A stretch of DNA of 43,444 nucleotides from an uncultured Clostridia bacterium (GCA_946618395.1 CAMOLD010000001.1:1-43444); one strand, 5' to 3'; numbered from the stretch's first letter, positions 27,534 to 35,628 are shown. Translations and numbers: made by a program. The notes: generated by a model not told the origin, from the sequence alone.

Positions 27534-28619
27534 ATGAACAGCTTTGGAACGGCGGTAAAACTCACGCTTTTCGGCGAGAGCCACGGGGAAGAGATTGGCG
27601 CTGTGCTGGAAGGGCTTGCGCCGGGACTTACGGTGGACGAGGACTTTATCTGTCATCAGCTTTCTTTGCGCCGTCCGCACGGGGCAATCTCCACGCCGCG
27701 TGTGGAGAGCGATGATTTTCGCATCGTCAGCGGTGTGTATCAGGGCAAAACCACCGGTTCCCCCGTTTGCATCCTCATTCCCAATGCGGATACACACAGC
27801 GCCGATTATCCCTTGGGCATGGTGCGCCCCGGACATGCCGACTATACCGCCCAATGCAAATACCACGGGTTCCAGGATCCGCGCGGCGGTGGACACTTCT
27901 CCGGGCGGCTGACGGCTCCGCTGGTTGCGGCGGGCGCCATTGCCGTTTCCGCCTTGCAGGAAAACGATATCTATATCGGAACGCATATCCGCGAGCTTGC
28001 CGGGTTGGAGGACCGCCCATTTGAGGACTTGGTCGCTGATGCCGACATGCTTGGCGAAATGATGTTCCCGGTGTTGGATGAAAAAATTGCCGAGCGGATG
28101 AAGGAGGAAATCCTTGCCGCGGCAGAGGACGGAGATAGCGTTGGCGGAACGTTGGAAACGGTTGTCACAGGCGTTCCCGCTGGCGTTGGAGAACCGTGGT
28201 TTGACAGTGTAGAGAGCGTGCTTGCCCATGCATTGTTCGGCGTTCCGGCAGTCAAGGGCATCGAATTCGGCGAGGGCTTCGGCTTTGCGCGGATGCGCGG
28301 CAGCGAGGCAAACGACCCGTTGCGGATCGACGGCGGCAAGGTCACCCATCTTTCCAATCATAGCGGCGGCATCAACGGCGGCATCACCAACGGAATGCCC
28401 ATCCTGTTCCGCAGCGTCATTCGCCCAACGCCAACCATTTCGGTCCCGCAATCCAGCATTAACCTGCGCACCCTGGAAAACGAGGTGCAAAAAGGGACGG
28501 GAAGACACGATCCCGCCATCGTTCACCGCGCGCGCGTGGTGGTGGATAGCGTAACGGCGCTGGTGCTTTGCGATCTGCTCACCCAACGCTACGGCACCGA
28601 CTTTTTGGCGCAAATATAA
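27534..28619 (+). CDS. aroC: Chorismate synthase
   Basis: FGTAVKLTLFGESHGEEIGAVLEGLAPG..RPGHADYT..GGGHFSGR..GINGGI..GRHDPAIV. Confidence 0.95.
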   Translation: MNSFGTAVKLTLFGESHGEEIGAVLEGLAPGLTVDEDFICHQLSLRRPHGAISTPRVESDDFRIVSGVYQGKTTGSPVCILIPNADTHSADYPLGMVRPGHADYTAQCKYHGFQDPRGGGHFSGRLTAPLVAAGAIAVSALQENDIYIGTHIRELAGLEDRPFEDLVADADMLGEMMFPVLDEKIAERMKEEILAAAEDGDSVGGTLETVVTGVPAGVGEPWFDSVESVLAHALFGVPAVKGIEFGEGFGFARMRGSEANDPLRIDGGKVTHLSNHSGGINGGITNGMPILFRSVIRPTPTISVPQSSINLRTLENEVQKGTGRHDPAIVHRARVVVDSVTALVLCDLLTQRYGTDFLAQI

Positions 28620-28637
28620 CCCCTATCAATAAAAAAG

Positions 28638-28669
28638 CCCCTTTTCCGCAGTTTTTCGGAAAAGAGGGG
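28638..28669 (-). terminator. Hairpin with a T-run on the minus strand (distal terminator for the rubrerythrin gene)
   Basis: Minus strand: CCCCTCTTTTCCG-8 nt-CGGAAAAGGGG then CTTTTTT. Confidence 0.5.
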
Positions 28670-28672
28670 AGC

Positions 28673-28733
28673 GCGAGGGGAGAAAAACACTTTTTTTAAA
28701 AAGGTTTTTCTCCCCTCGCGGTTTTCTTATTTT
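28673..28733 (+). terminator. Long hairpin with a T-rich tail on the plus strand (terminator for aroC)
   Basis: GCGAGGGGAGAAAAAC-15 nt-GTTTTTCTCCCCTCGC then GGTTTTCTTATTTT. Confidence 0.6.
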
Positions 28734-28742
28734 ACGGTTTGA

Positions 28743-29291
28743 TTATTTCCCAAAATATCTCTTCAAAAGGCCTTCAAAAGCTCTGCCGTGGCGAGCCTCG
28801 TCTTTTGCCATTTCGTGAACGGTGTCATGAATGGCGTCCAGGTTGAGGGCTTTTGCGCGTTTGGCAAGGTCAAATTTGCCGGCGGTTGCGCCGTTCTCGG
28901 CGGCAACGCGAACTTTCAGGTTCTCTGCGGTGGAGTCGCTGAGGCACTCGCCCAGCAGTTCGGCAAATTTTGCGGCGTGTTCGGCTTCCTCAAAAGCGGC
29001 GGTTTTCCAGTATTCCGCAATTTCGGGGTAACCTTCGCGTGCGGCAACGCGGGACATTGCCAAATACATACCAACCTCGCTGCATTCTCCGTTAAAGTTT
29101 GCGCGCAGATCGTCAATGATATCGGCGGGAGCGTCTTTCGCAATTCCAACAACGTGTTCGGTTGCCCAGCTCATTTCGCCGTCAACAACCTCTTCCAGCT
29201 TTTCGCCGGGAACGCGGCAACGGGGGCATTTTTCGGGTCTGGTTTCGGATTCAATAATTTCGCCACAAATCGGGCATCTCCATTTTTTCAT
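28743..29291 (-). CDS. Reverse rubrerythrin (N-terminal rubredoxin-like domain plus ferritin-like diiron domain)
   Basis: [27 protein letters not shown] (2x CxxC at the N-terminus), then diiron ExxH motifs ([22 protein letters not shown]). Confidence 0.88.
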   Translation of the reverse strand: MKKWRCPICGEIIESETRPEKCPRCRVPGEKLEEVVDGEMSWATEHVVGIAKDAPADIIDDLRANFNGECSEVGMYLAMSRVAAREGYPEIAEYWKTAAFEEAEHAAKFAELLGECLSDSTAENLKVRVAAENGATAGKFDLAKRAKALNLDAIHDTVHEMAKDEARHGRAFEGLLKRYFGK

Positions 29292-29341
29292 GGGGTCTAT
29301 CTCCTTTTGATGTAAAATTGAGTAGCAAATTGCTTAAAAAC

Positions 29342-29370
29342 AGTATATCATATTTTTGAAAGCCTGTCAA
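29342..29370 (-). promoter_or_regulatory. Sigma-A-type promoter for the rubrerythrin gene
   Basis: Minus strand: TTGACA, 17 bp, TATACT. The palindrome AGCAA-A-TTGCT (29324-29334) lies just downstream. Confidence 0.6.
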
Positions 29371-29403
29371 TCATTCCAAAAAAAATTCTTATTTATTTTT
29401 TAC

Positions 29404-29432
29404 TTGACATTTTTCGCCAAAATAGTTACAAT
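29404..29432 (+). promoter_or_regulatory. Near-consensus sigma-A promoter for the 44-aa peptide gene
   Basis: TTGACA, 17 bp, TACAAT. Confidence 0.6.
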
Positions 29433-29468
29433 AATAAAGAGCAATTCCAATCAAGGAGCATTACCCGT

Positions 29469-29603
29469 ATGGATAGAAGAAACAACAAACGAAATCCCTC
29501 TACGGCAGGAGCCCTCACTCCGGGCGTTATCGTAACGCTTGCGTTGGTCGGTGCTTTTGCAATTTTGCTGACCGTCGTCGCGCTTGTCCGCGGCGCCATG
29601 TAA
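29469..29603 (+). CDS. 44-aa single-TM peptide (not in the ORF track)
   Basis: Hand translation: MDRRNNKRNPSTAGALTPGVIVTLALVGAFAILLTVVALVRGAM. AAGGAG lies 8-9 nt before the ATG. It has its own promoter and terminator. Confidence 0.55.
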   Translation: MDRRNNKRNPSTAGALTPGVIVTLALVGAFAILLTVVALVRGAM

Positions 29604-29611
29604 AACATATC

Positions 29612-29643
29612 AAAAATCCCCGAACGCTGTTCGGGGATTTTTC
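29612..29643 (+). terminator. Rho-independent terminator after the 44-aa ORF
   Basis: AAAAATCCCCGAAC-GCT-GTTCGGGGATTTTT. Confidence 0.8.
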
Positions 29644-29696
29644 ACATTTCAGCATCTTTTTGCATATCCTTCCATCAAAAAAGGAGGGATGGCATT

Positions 29697-30284
29697 ATGT
29701 TGGTAATCGAACCTTATCGTCGGGATCGGGCTGTTTCCTATGCGCGCGCATGGGCGCTGGGGCGCAACCCGCTTTTCTCGGATTTTACCGAGCAGGGCGG
29801 AAACTGCACCAATTTTGTTTCGCAATGTATTCTGGCAGGGAGCTGCGTTATGAACTATACCGCCGATTTCGGGTGGTATTATATTTCCCTGCAGGATCGC
29901 GCCCCGGCTTGGAGCGGCGTGCAGTATTTTTACGATTTTATGACCGGCGCTCCCGCATTTGAGCGCCGCAATGGCGGCATCGGACCTTTCGCCGTGGAAA
30001 CGGCTCCGGAAGGGGTCGAGGTCGGGGACGTTGTTCAAATTGCCGCTACGGGAACCGATTGGTCGCATACAATGATCGTCAGCGGATTTGCTGAGGACGG
30101 CGAAATCCTGGTTTGCGCCCAGTCGGTGGATTCCGTTGACCGACCGCTCTCCACATATGAATACGAGAGCATCCGTTATTTGCACGTGCTGGGTGTGCGG
30201 GTGGAGAACGACGATTCGGTCTGCTATGAATATCTGTTGCGCGGCGGAACCGACAACGTGGACAATAGCGAAGAAGAGGAGTAA
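29697..30284 (+). CDS. Putative amidase-domain protein (Amidase_6, NlpC/P60-CHAP-like Cys-His fold), cytoplasmic
   Basis: YDRxxAVxYAxxWA-type N-terminus (YRRDRAVSYARAWAL), GGNCTNFVSQCILAG (Cys nucleophile), WSHTMIV (His). No signal peptide. AAGGAGGG SD. Confidence 0.7.
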   Translation: MLVIEPYRRDRAVSYARAWALGRNPLFSDFTEQGGNCTNFVSQCILAGSCVMNYTADFGWYYISLQDRAPAWSGVQYFYDFMTGAPAFERRNGGIGPFAVETAPEGVEVGDVVQIAATGTDWSHTMIVSGFAEDGEILVCAQSVDSVDRPLSTYEYESIRYLHVLGVRVENDDSVCYEYLLRGGTDNVDNSEEEE

Positions 30285-30287
30285 AGT

Positions 30288-31250
30288 TCAAATTTCGTCA
30301 AAATCGATCTCGATTTTTTTGGCGGATTCCGGCGGCGAATATTGCCAGCGCGAAAGATGAACGGTGTTGGCAAGGGTAATAAAATAGGGCAGTTCTCTCG
30401 GGCGCGGAGGCGGAAAGCCGGTGTCAATCAAAACCAGCTTAATTTTCATGCGCTCGGGCAGAATGTTCTTAATGTAAACCGCCGCTCCTCGGCCAATCTG
30501 AGCGCGAATATCCAGGGCGTGCTTTTCGCTGTGCGCTTCGGCAAGACCGGCAAGGTTGGGGGCAAGCTCCACAAAAATTCCGTAGGGCTCTACGCTCCGC
30601 AAAACGCCGGTTACCGTTTGCCCAACTGCAAATCGGGCGGCGTTTTCCTGCCAGGTGCCAAGCAGTTCGCGCAAGGTGGTGTAAATGCGGCCGGTCAAAG
30701 GGTCAACCGACTTTACAACCACCGTCAGGTCCATCCCCACCCAAAGCCGGTCGCGCGGGTGGGAAATGCGGGAAACCGAAATGCAGTCCACCGTCAAAAG
30801 CGAGACAATCCCGCAACCAATGTCCAAAAAAGCCCCAAACGGTTCCAGGTGGGTTACGCGTGCGGGAATCAGATCTCCGGGGCGAAGTTCGGCAAGATAT
30901 TCCCGGCGGCAATCTTGTTGCGCCAGCCGCCGGGAAAGAACGGCAACCGTCTCTCCGCCGCGTTTTTCAAACCCGGTCACAACCGCGGCAAGCGGCTTTC
31001 CCACGCGGGAGATCACGGCAATATCCTTGCGGGCTTCGTCGGCGCGGCGCAAAAGCACCTCGTCCGGCGGCATGATTCCGCGGCAGGACCCGAAATCAAC
31101 GTGCAGGGTCAAATCTTCGTCGCAAAGGGTTGCTCTTCCTTCCACAACCCGTCGGTTCGCCATTGCAAATTCCAAACCGGTCAGTGAGGAGGTTAATTCG
31201 CTGTTTTCTTGCGTTTCGGATAAAATTCCTTCGGGATAGTATGCGTGCAT
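30288..31250 (-). CDS. S1 RNA-binding domain protein (three S1-like repeats)
   Basis: LRPGDLIPARVTHLEPFGAFLDIGCGIVSLL and GQTVTGVLRSVEPYGIFVELAPNLAGLAE are S1 OB-fold signatures. Confidence 0.75.
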   Translation of the reverse strand: MHAYYPEGILSETQENSELTSSLTGLEFAMANRRVVEGRATLCDEDLTLHVDFGSCRGIMPPDEVLLRRADEARKDIAVISRVGKPLAAVVTGFEKRGGETVAVLSRRLAQQDCRREYLAELRPGDLIPARVTHLEPFGAFLDIGCGIVSLLTVDCISVSRISHPRDRLWVGMDLTVVVKSVDPLTGRIYTTLRELLGTWQENAARFAVGQTVTGVLRSVEPYGIFVELAPNLAGLAEAHSEKHALDIRAQIGRGAAVYIKNILPERMKIKLVLIDTGFPPPRPRELPYFITLANTVHLSRWQYSPPESAKKIEIDFDEI

Positions 31251-31340
31251 TTTGTCATCCTTTCCTTATCGTTTTTGTTTTATTTTATGAAAGAAACAAA
31301 ACAAAAATGCCGGCAAAAAAGTGAAAAATCTGCAAGTCGG

Positions 31341-31369
31341 TTGACAAAAAGAAAAAGAGATGCTATACT
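31341..31369 (+). promoter_or_regulatory. Sigma-A-type promoter of the HprK-like/PqqD/peptidase operon
   Basis: TTGACA, 17 bp, TATACT. Confidence 0.6.
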
Positions 31370-31416
31370 AAAAACGGAAAAATCGTGTTTCCGCCAAAAA
31401 AAGAAAGGAGAACGGA

Positions 31417-32121
31417 ATGTTTGTCATCGAGCTTGCCGAAAAACGCATCCGCGTCAACAACCGTCACCCGTTCGTCGAGCGGCAATGCGGCGCACTGGGC
31501 TATATCGTTTCGGGAGAGGCGGCGGATTTTGAAGTTTCTGCAACCGACGCGGAAATCGCCGAAGAGCAAAAAACAGGTTCTTTTTCTCCCGGCTATTGCG
31601 AAAGCATCTGTATCTATCGGCATATCTGCGAAAAACTGCCGGAATACGGCATTTTCATTTTGCATTCCGCCATTATCGAGGTGGAAGGACGGGCCTATGC
31701 CTTTGCGGCAAAAAGCGGCGTCGGAAAATCCACGCATATCTCGCTTTGGCTCAAAAACATTCCCGGCGCACGCGTTCTCAACGGCGATAAACCGCTTTTC
31801 CGCATGGAGGCGGACGGTTCCATCACCGTTTTCGGGACCCCCTGGCAGGGTAAAGAAAACTGGGGCTACAACGGCAAGGCAAAGTTGGCGGCGCTCTGCT
31901 TTATTGAGCGCGGAGAGACCAACCGGATCCGCCAAGCCACCGAGGATGAAGTCATCTCGCGCGTCATCCATCAGGTGCTTCTGCGCGGCGAGCGGCAATC
32001 GGTCAACCTGCAGCTCACTCTGCTGGATCGGCTGATCCACGCCGTTCCATATTATATTTTGCAGTGCAACATTTCGGACGAGGCGGCAATCCTTTCCTAT
32101 CAAACCATGAGCAAACAATAA
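31417..32121 (+). CDS. HPr-kinase-C-domain-like P-loop protein (HprK-related kinase)
   Basis: HSAIIEVEGRAYAFAAKSGVGKSTHISLWLKNIPGARVLNGDKPLF aligns position by position with the HprK/P core [24 protein letters not shown]..LVADD (recalled from B. subtilis). Confidence 0.7.
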   Translation: MFVIELAEKRIRVNNRHPFVERQCGALGYIVSGEAADFEVSATDAEIAEEQKTGSFSPGYCESICIYRHICEKLPEYGIFILHSAIIEVEGRAYAFAAKSGVGKSTHISLWLKNIPGARVLNGDKPLFRMEADGSITVFGTPWQGKENWGYNGKAKLAALCFIERGETNRIRQATEDEVISRVIHQVLLRGERQSVNLQLTLLDRLIHAVPYYILQCNISDEAAILSYQTMSKQ

Positions 32122-32137
32122 AAAGGAGATATCCAAA

Positions 32138-32404
32138 ATGAAGATCAAATCGGATTTTACCATTCAAAAAGTCGGCAGTTCCTATGTTGCCATTGCCGTG
32201 GGAGAAACCAGCAAAACCTTCCGCACCATGATCAAGCTCAACGCAACAGGCGCATTCCTTTGGAATCTGCTTTCCGAAAAGGATTTGACCGAGGAAGATT
32301 TGGTCAACGCTTTGCTTGCCGAGTATGATGTGGACCGCGAGACCGCGGCAAACGACGTTCACAAGATTGTAACCGTCCTGACCGATCATCAAATCCTGCA
32401 ATGA
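32138..32404 (+). CDS. PqqD-family protein (RiPP recognition element)
   Basis: 88 aa. YVAIAVGETSKTFRTMIKLNATGAFLWNLLSE..TEEDLVNALLAEYDVDRETAANDVHKIV is the typical PqqD/RRE winged-helix pattern. Confidence 0.8.
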   Translation: MKIKSDFTIQKVGSSYVAIAVGETSKTFRTMIKLNATGAFLWNLLSEKDLTEEDLVNALLAEYDVDRETAANDVHKIVTVLTDHQILQ

Positions 32405-32856
32405 ACGAAAATATAGAAAAAATTCTTGCCGAGGACGGGTTTTACGTCAGCACCACGGTGGGCGCCAGTATGTCCCCCATGCTCCGCAACCGCAAAGACC
32501 GTGTGGTCATTCGTCCCGTCAACGGAAGGCTGAAAAAATATGATCTTCCGCTTTACCGCCGCCCGGACGGAAAATACGTCCTGCATCGCATCATCGGCGT
32601 TCGGGACGGATATTATATCATTCGCGGAGACAATACCTACCGTAAAGAGAAGGTGCCGGACGATTGGATCATCGGCTATGTTGCCGAGTTTTACAGGAAC
32701 GAAAAGCATTTTGTTACAACGCAAAAAAAATACCGCGCCTATGCGCGTGTTTGGAATTGGATTTATCCGTTGCGCGTTTGCGGCGTCAAATGCCGCCTGT
32801 TTCTTTCCAAAGTCAAACACGCAGTCCTCAAGCCTTTCCGGCGAAAAAAACAATAA
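32401..32856 (+). CDS. S24/S26-family serine peptidase, SipW/ER-type (Ser-His), without an N-terminal membrane anchor
   Basis: GASMSPML (nucleophile box), VLHRIIG (His where bacterial SPase I/LexA have Lys), IRGDN box. 4-nt overlap with the PqqD gene. Confidence 0.75.
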   Translation: MNENIEKILAEDGFYVSTTVGASMSPMLRNRKDRVVIRPVNGRLKKYDLPLYRRPDGKYVLHRIIGVRDGYYIIRGDNTYRKEKVPDDWIIGYVAEFYRNEKHFVTTQKKYRAYARVWNWIYPLRVCGVKCRLFLSKVKHAVLKPFRRKKQ

Positions 32857-32892
32857 AAAAACGACCTCCCGGTGCGGGAAGGTCGTTTTTTG
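32855..32892. terminator. Bidirectional terminator between the peptidase gene and ygiQ
   Basis: AAAAAAACGACCTCCC-GGTGC-GGGAAGGTCGTTTTTT. Confidence 0.8.
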
Positions 32893-32896
32893 ATGG

Positions 32897-34840
32897 TTAA
32901 AAGCGCTTTTTCTTGCGCGGCGGATGCACGCCGGAGGGCTTTCCGCCAATGCCGGAATTGCGCAGGGGACGGTGCGCGGACTTCGCCTCTTTTTTGGGCA
33001 CTTTTTCTTTTGCAAATTCCTGCTTGCGCGCAGATACTTTGGATGCCGGGCGGACAAGACATTCGGGCGAGAAGCCAATCAGATCCTCTCTTCCGGCAAG
33101 GCGGAGCGCTTCGCGCACAAGGTCGGCGTTTTGCGGGCGGTTGTATTGCAACAGCGCGCGTTGAAGTTGCTTTTCATGGTAATCGGTGGCAACGTAAACG
33201 TGCTTCATCGTCAAAGGGTTGATGCCGGTGTAATACATCACGGTCGAGGCGGTGCCGGGCGTTGGGTAAAAATCCTGCACCTGTTCGGGCGCGTAGCCGC
33301 CGCGTTTGAGGTAGAGCGCAAGTTCGATCGCGTCGGAGAGTGTAGAACCCGGATGGCTGGACATCAGATAGGGAACAAGATATTGCTCTTTTCCGGCTTT
33401 TTTCGTCAGTTCAAAAAAGCGCTTGCGGAACCGCTCGTAAACAGCAAAATCCGGTTTGCCCATGCAAGAAAGCACCGCGTTGGAGCAATGCTCCGGTGCA
33501 ACCTTCAACTGTCCGCTTACATTGTCGCGCACCAGCTTGTAAAAAAAGGTTTCGTCTTGATCCAAAAGCAGGTAGTCAAAGCGGATTCCACTACGAATAA
33601 AGACTTTTTTCACCTTCGGCAAAGCCTCTATCGCCTCAATCAACCGCAGATATTCGGAGTGATCCACGCGCAAATTCTTGCAAGGGGTAGGCGCCAGACA
33701 CTTGCGGTTGGAGCAAACGCCGTGCGTCAGTTGGTGTTCGCATGCCGGCGCGCGGAAGTTTGCAGTCGGACCGCCAACATCGTGAATGTAACCTTTGAAA
33801 TCTGGCAGCGCGGTAATTTTTTTGGCTTCTTCCACAACGCTTTCCTGACTGCGGGAGCGCACGGTGCGCCCCTGATGGAAAGCGAGCGCGCAAAAATTAC
33901 AGCCGCCAAAGCAACCGCGGTTGTGCGTCAGCGAGAATTTGACCTCTTCAATGCCGGGAATGCCGCCCATCGGTTCATAGGAGGGGTGGTAGTTCCGGGT
34001 GTAGGGAAGCGAATAGACGTGGTCCAGCTCCTCGCGCTCCAAAGGGGGCATGGGAGGGTTTTGCACCAACATTTTACGGTCATAAAGCTCGCAAATCGCC
34101 TTGCCGTTGATAGCGTCTTGGTTGCGGTATTGAATGCCGAATGCCTCGGCGTATTTGCGGCGGTCGGTTTTCAGCTCGTTGTAGTCAAAAGTCGCCGCAA
34201 CTTCATAGTGAACGGTGTCTTCCGGCGTTGTCAAATAGACCGTTCCGCGAACGTCATGAATTTTGCGGACGGGAATACCGCGGTCCAGCAGATTTGCAAT
34301 CCGAACCAGGATCTTTTCGCCCATTCCGTAGGTCAAAAGGTCAGCGCGGCTGTCCACCAGCACCGATCGGCGCACGCGGTCATCCCAGTAGTCGTAATGG
34401 GCAAAGCGGCGCAGGGAGGCTTCCAGCCCGCCCAGGATCACGGGAATATCGCCGTATGCTTCCCGAATGCGGTTGGAATAAACAATCAAAGCGCGGTCGG
34501 GGCGCAGTCCCGTTTTGCCGCCGGGGGAGTAATAGTCAAAGGAGCGGCGGCGCTTTGCGGCGGTGTAATGGGCGACCATGCTGTCAATATTCCCGGCAGA
34601 CACCAAAAATCCAAGGCGCGGTTTTCCAAATTCCCGAAAAGCCTCACAGGAGCGAAAGTCCGGTTGTGCAAGAATGGCAACGTGAAATCCGGCGTCTTCC
34701 AGCACGCGGGAAATGATTGCCGTTCCAAAGGAAGGGTGATCCACATAAGCGTCGCCCGAAACATAAACAAAATCCGGGCGATCCCAGCCGCGCGCCAGCA
34801 TTTCGGCGCGGTTCAGTGGCAAAAAAGCCGTTGCGTCCAT
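32897..34840 (-). CDS. ygiQ: YgiQ-family (UPF0313) radical SAM protein
   Basis: FLPLNRAEMLARGWDRPDFVYVSGDAYVDHPSFG, radical-SAM cluster motif CFGGCNFC, basic C-terminal tail. Confidence 0.9.
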   Translation of the reverse strand: MDATAFLPLNRAEMLARGWDRPDFVYVSGDAYVDHPSFGTAIISRVLEDAGFHVAILAQPDFRSCEAFREFGKPRLGFLVSAGNIDSMVAHYTAAKRRRSFDYYSPGGKTGLRPDRALIVYSNRIREAYGDIPVILGGLEASLRRFAHYDYWDDRVRRSVLVDSRADLLTYGMGEKILVRIANLLDRGIPVRKIHDVRGTVYLTTPEDTVHYEVAATFDYNELKTDRRKYAEAFGIQYRNQDAINGKAICELYDRKMLVQNPPMPPLEREELDHVYSLPYTRNYHPSYEPMGGIPGIEEVKFSLTHNRGCFGGCNFCALAFHQGRTVRSRSQESVVEEAKKITALPDFKGYIHDVGGPTANFRAPACEHQLTHGVCSNRKCLAPTPCKNLRVDHSEYLRLIEAIEALPKVKKVFIRSGIRFDYLLLDQDETFFYKLVRDNVSGQLKVAPEHCSNAVLSCMGKPDFAVYERFRKRFFELTKKAGKEQYLVPYLMSSHPGSTLSDAIELALYLKRGGYAPEQVQDFYPTPGTASTVMYYTGINPLTMKHVYVATDYHEKQLQRALLQYNRPQNADLVREALRLAGREDLIGFSPECLVRPASKVSARKQEFAKEKVPKKEAKSAHRPLRNSGIGGKPSGVHPPRKKKRF

Positions 34841-34857
34841 CCGTTCATCTCCTTTCG

Positions 34858-35625
34858 TCAGGATTCAGTCTCTTCGTCCGTTGTTTCTTCGTGTGTGCGG
34901 AATCCGGGGTGAAATCCGTCAATTTCGCCGCGCTGCATCGCGCCAAAAATTCGGTGCCGCAGTCCGCGGTGTTCGCGTTCCAGCCCGGCAAGCAGCTTTT
35001 TCATCGCTTCCCGTTGGGTGTTTCCGTCCGCCGGACAAACCGATTTAACCACCGGGAGCGCCATTTTTTGCGCAAAATAGCGAACGTCCTTTTCCGGCAG
35101 GTAGAGTAGCGGGCGGATCAGCCGTATTTTCCTGCGCGAAAGATAGGAAACCGGCGAAAAACAGCCGATTCTCCCCTCAAAAAACAGGTTGAGCATAAAG
35201 GTTTCCACCGCGTCGTCAAAATGGTGTCCCAGCGCCACCACGTTGCAGCCAATCTCGCTGGCGTAGCCGTGCAGGGCGCCGCGCCGCATTTTGGAGCAAA
35301 GCGAGCAGGGGTTTTGCTCTTTCCGAATGTCAAAAACCACTTTTGCAATATCGGAAGGAACCACATGGTAGGGAACGTCCAGCTTTTCGCAAAGTTGCCG
35401 GATGGGCGTAAAATCGGCGGGCGGGTCAAACCCCATATCCACCGTGATTGCGCAAAGCGTAAACGGAACGGGGTAAAAACGGCGCAATTCGGCAAGCGCG
35501 TAAAGAAGGGTCAGCGAGTCCTTTCCGGCGGAAACGCCAACAGCAACGCGGTCGCCGGGCTGGATCATATCGTAATCCTCCAACGCGCGGCGCGCATAAC
35601 TCAAAAGATGCTTCAAAGGTTCCAT
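34858..35625 (-). CDS. ttcA: PP-loop ATPase, tRNA 2-thiocytidine synthetase TtcA-like
   Basis: VAVGVSAGKDSLTLLY (PP-loop), NPCSLCSKMRRGAL, GHHFDDAVETFMLNLF, C-terminal CP..G cysteine. Confidence 0.8.
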   Translation of the reverse strand: MEPLKHLLSYARRALEDYDMIQPGDRVAVGVSAGKDSLTLLYALAELRRFYPVPFTLCAITVDMGFDPPADFTPIRQLCEKLDVPYHVVPSDIAKVVFDIRKEQNPCSLCSKMRRGALHGYASEIGCNVVALGHHFDDAVETFMLNLFFEGRIGCFSPVSYLSRRKIRLIRPLLYLPEKDVRYFAQKMALPVVKSVCPADGNTQREAMKKLLAGLEREHRGLRHRIFGAMQRGEIDGFHPGFRTHEETTDEETES

Positions 35626-35628
35626 AGT

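Noticed and set aside
29324-29334. Palindrome AGCAA-A-TTGCT between the rubrerythrin -10 box and SD, considered as a PerR/Rex operator.
   Set aside because: It is only 5-bp arms and does not resemble the PerR (TTATAATNATTATAA) or Rex (TTGTGAA..TTCACAA) consensus. It is too short to distinguish from chance.
29426-29608. 60-aa minus-strand ORF antisense to the 44-aa peptide gene.
   Set aside because: It has no SD and its start lies inside the terminator stem. The plus-strand reading has promoter, SD and terminator in the correct order.
31245-31532. 95-aa plus-strand ORF overlapping the start of the HprK-like gene, considered as a possible RiPP precursor.
   Set aside because: It starts upstream of the operon promoter, overlaps the S1-gene start codon region and the HprK-like coding sequence in another frame, has no SD, and is K/R-rich low complexity. 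The 5-codon ATG CCG GCA AAA AAG TGA at 31307 is likewise not credible.
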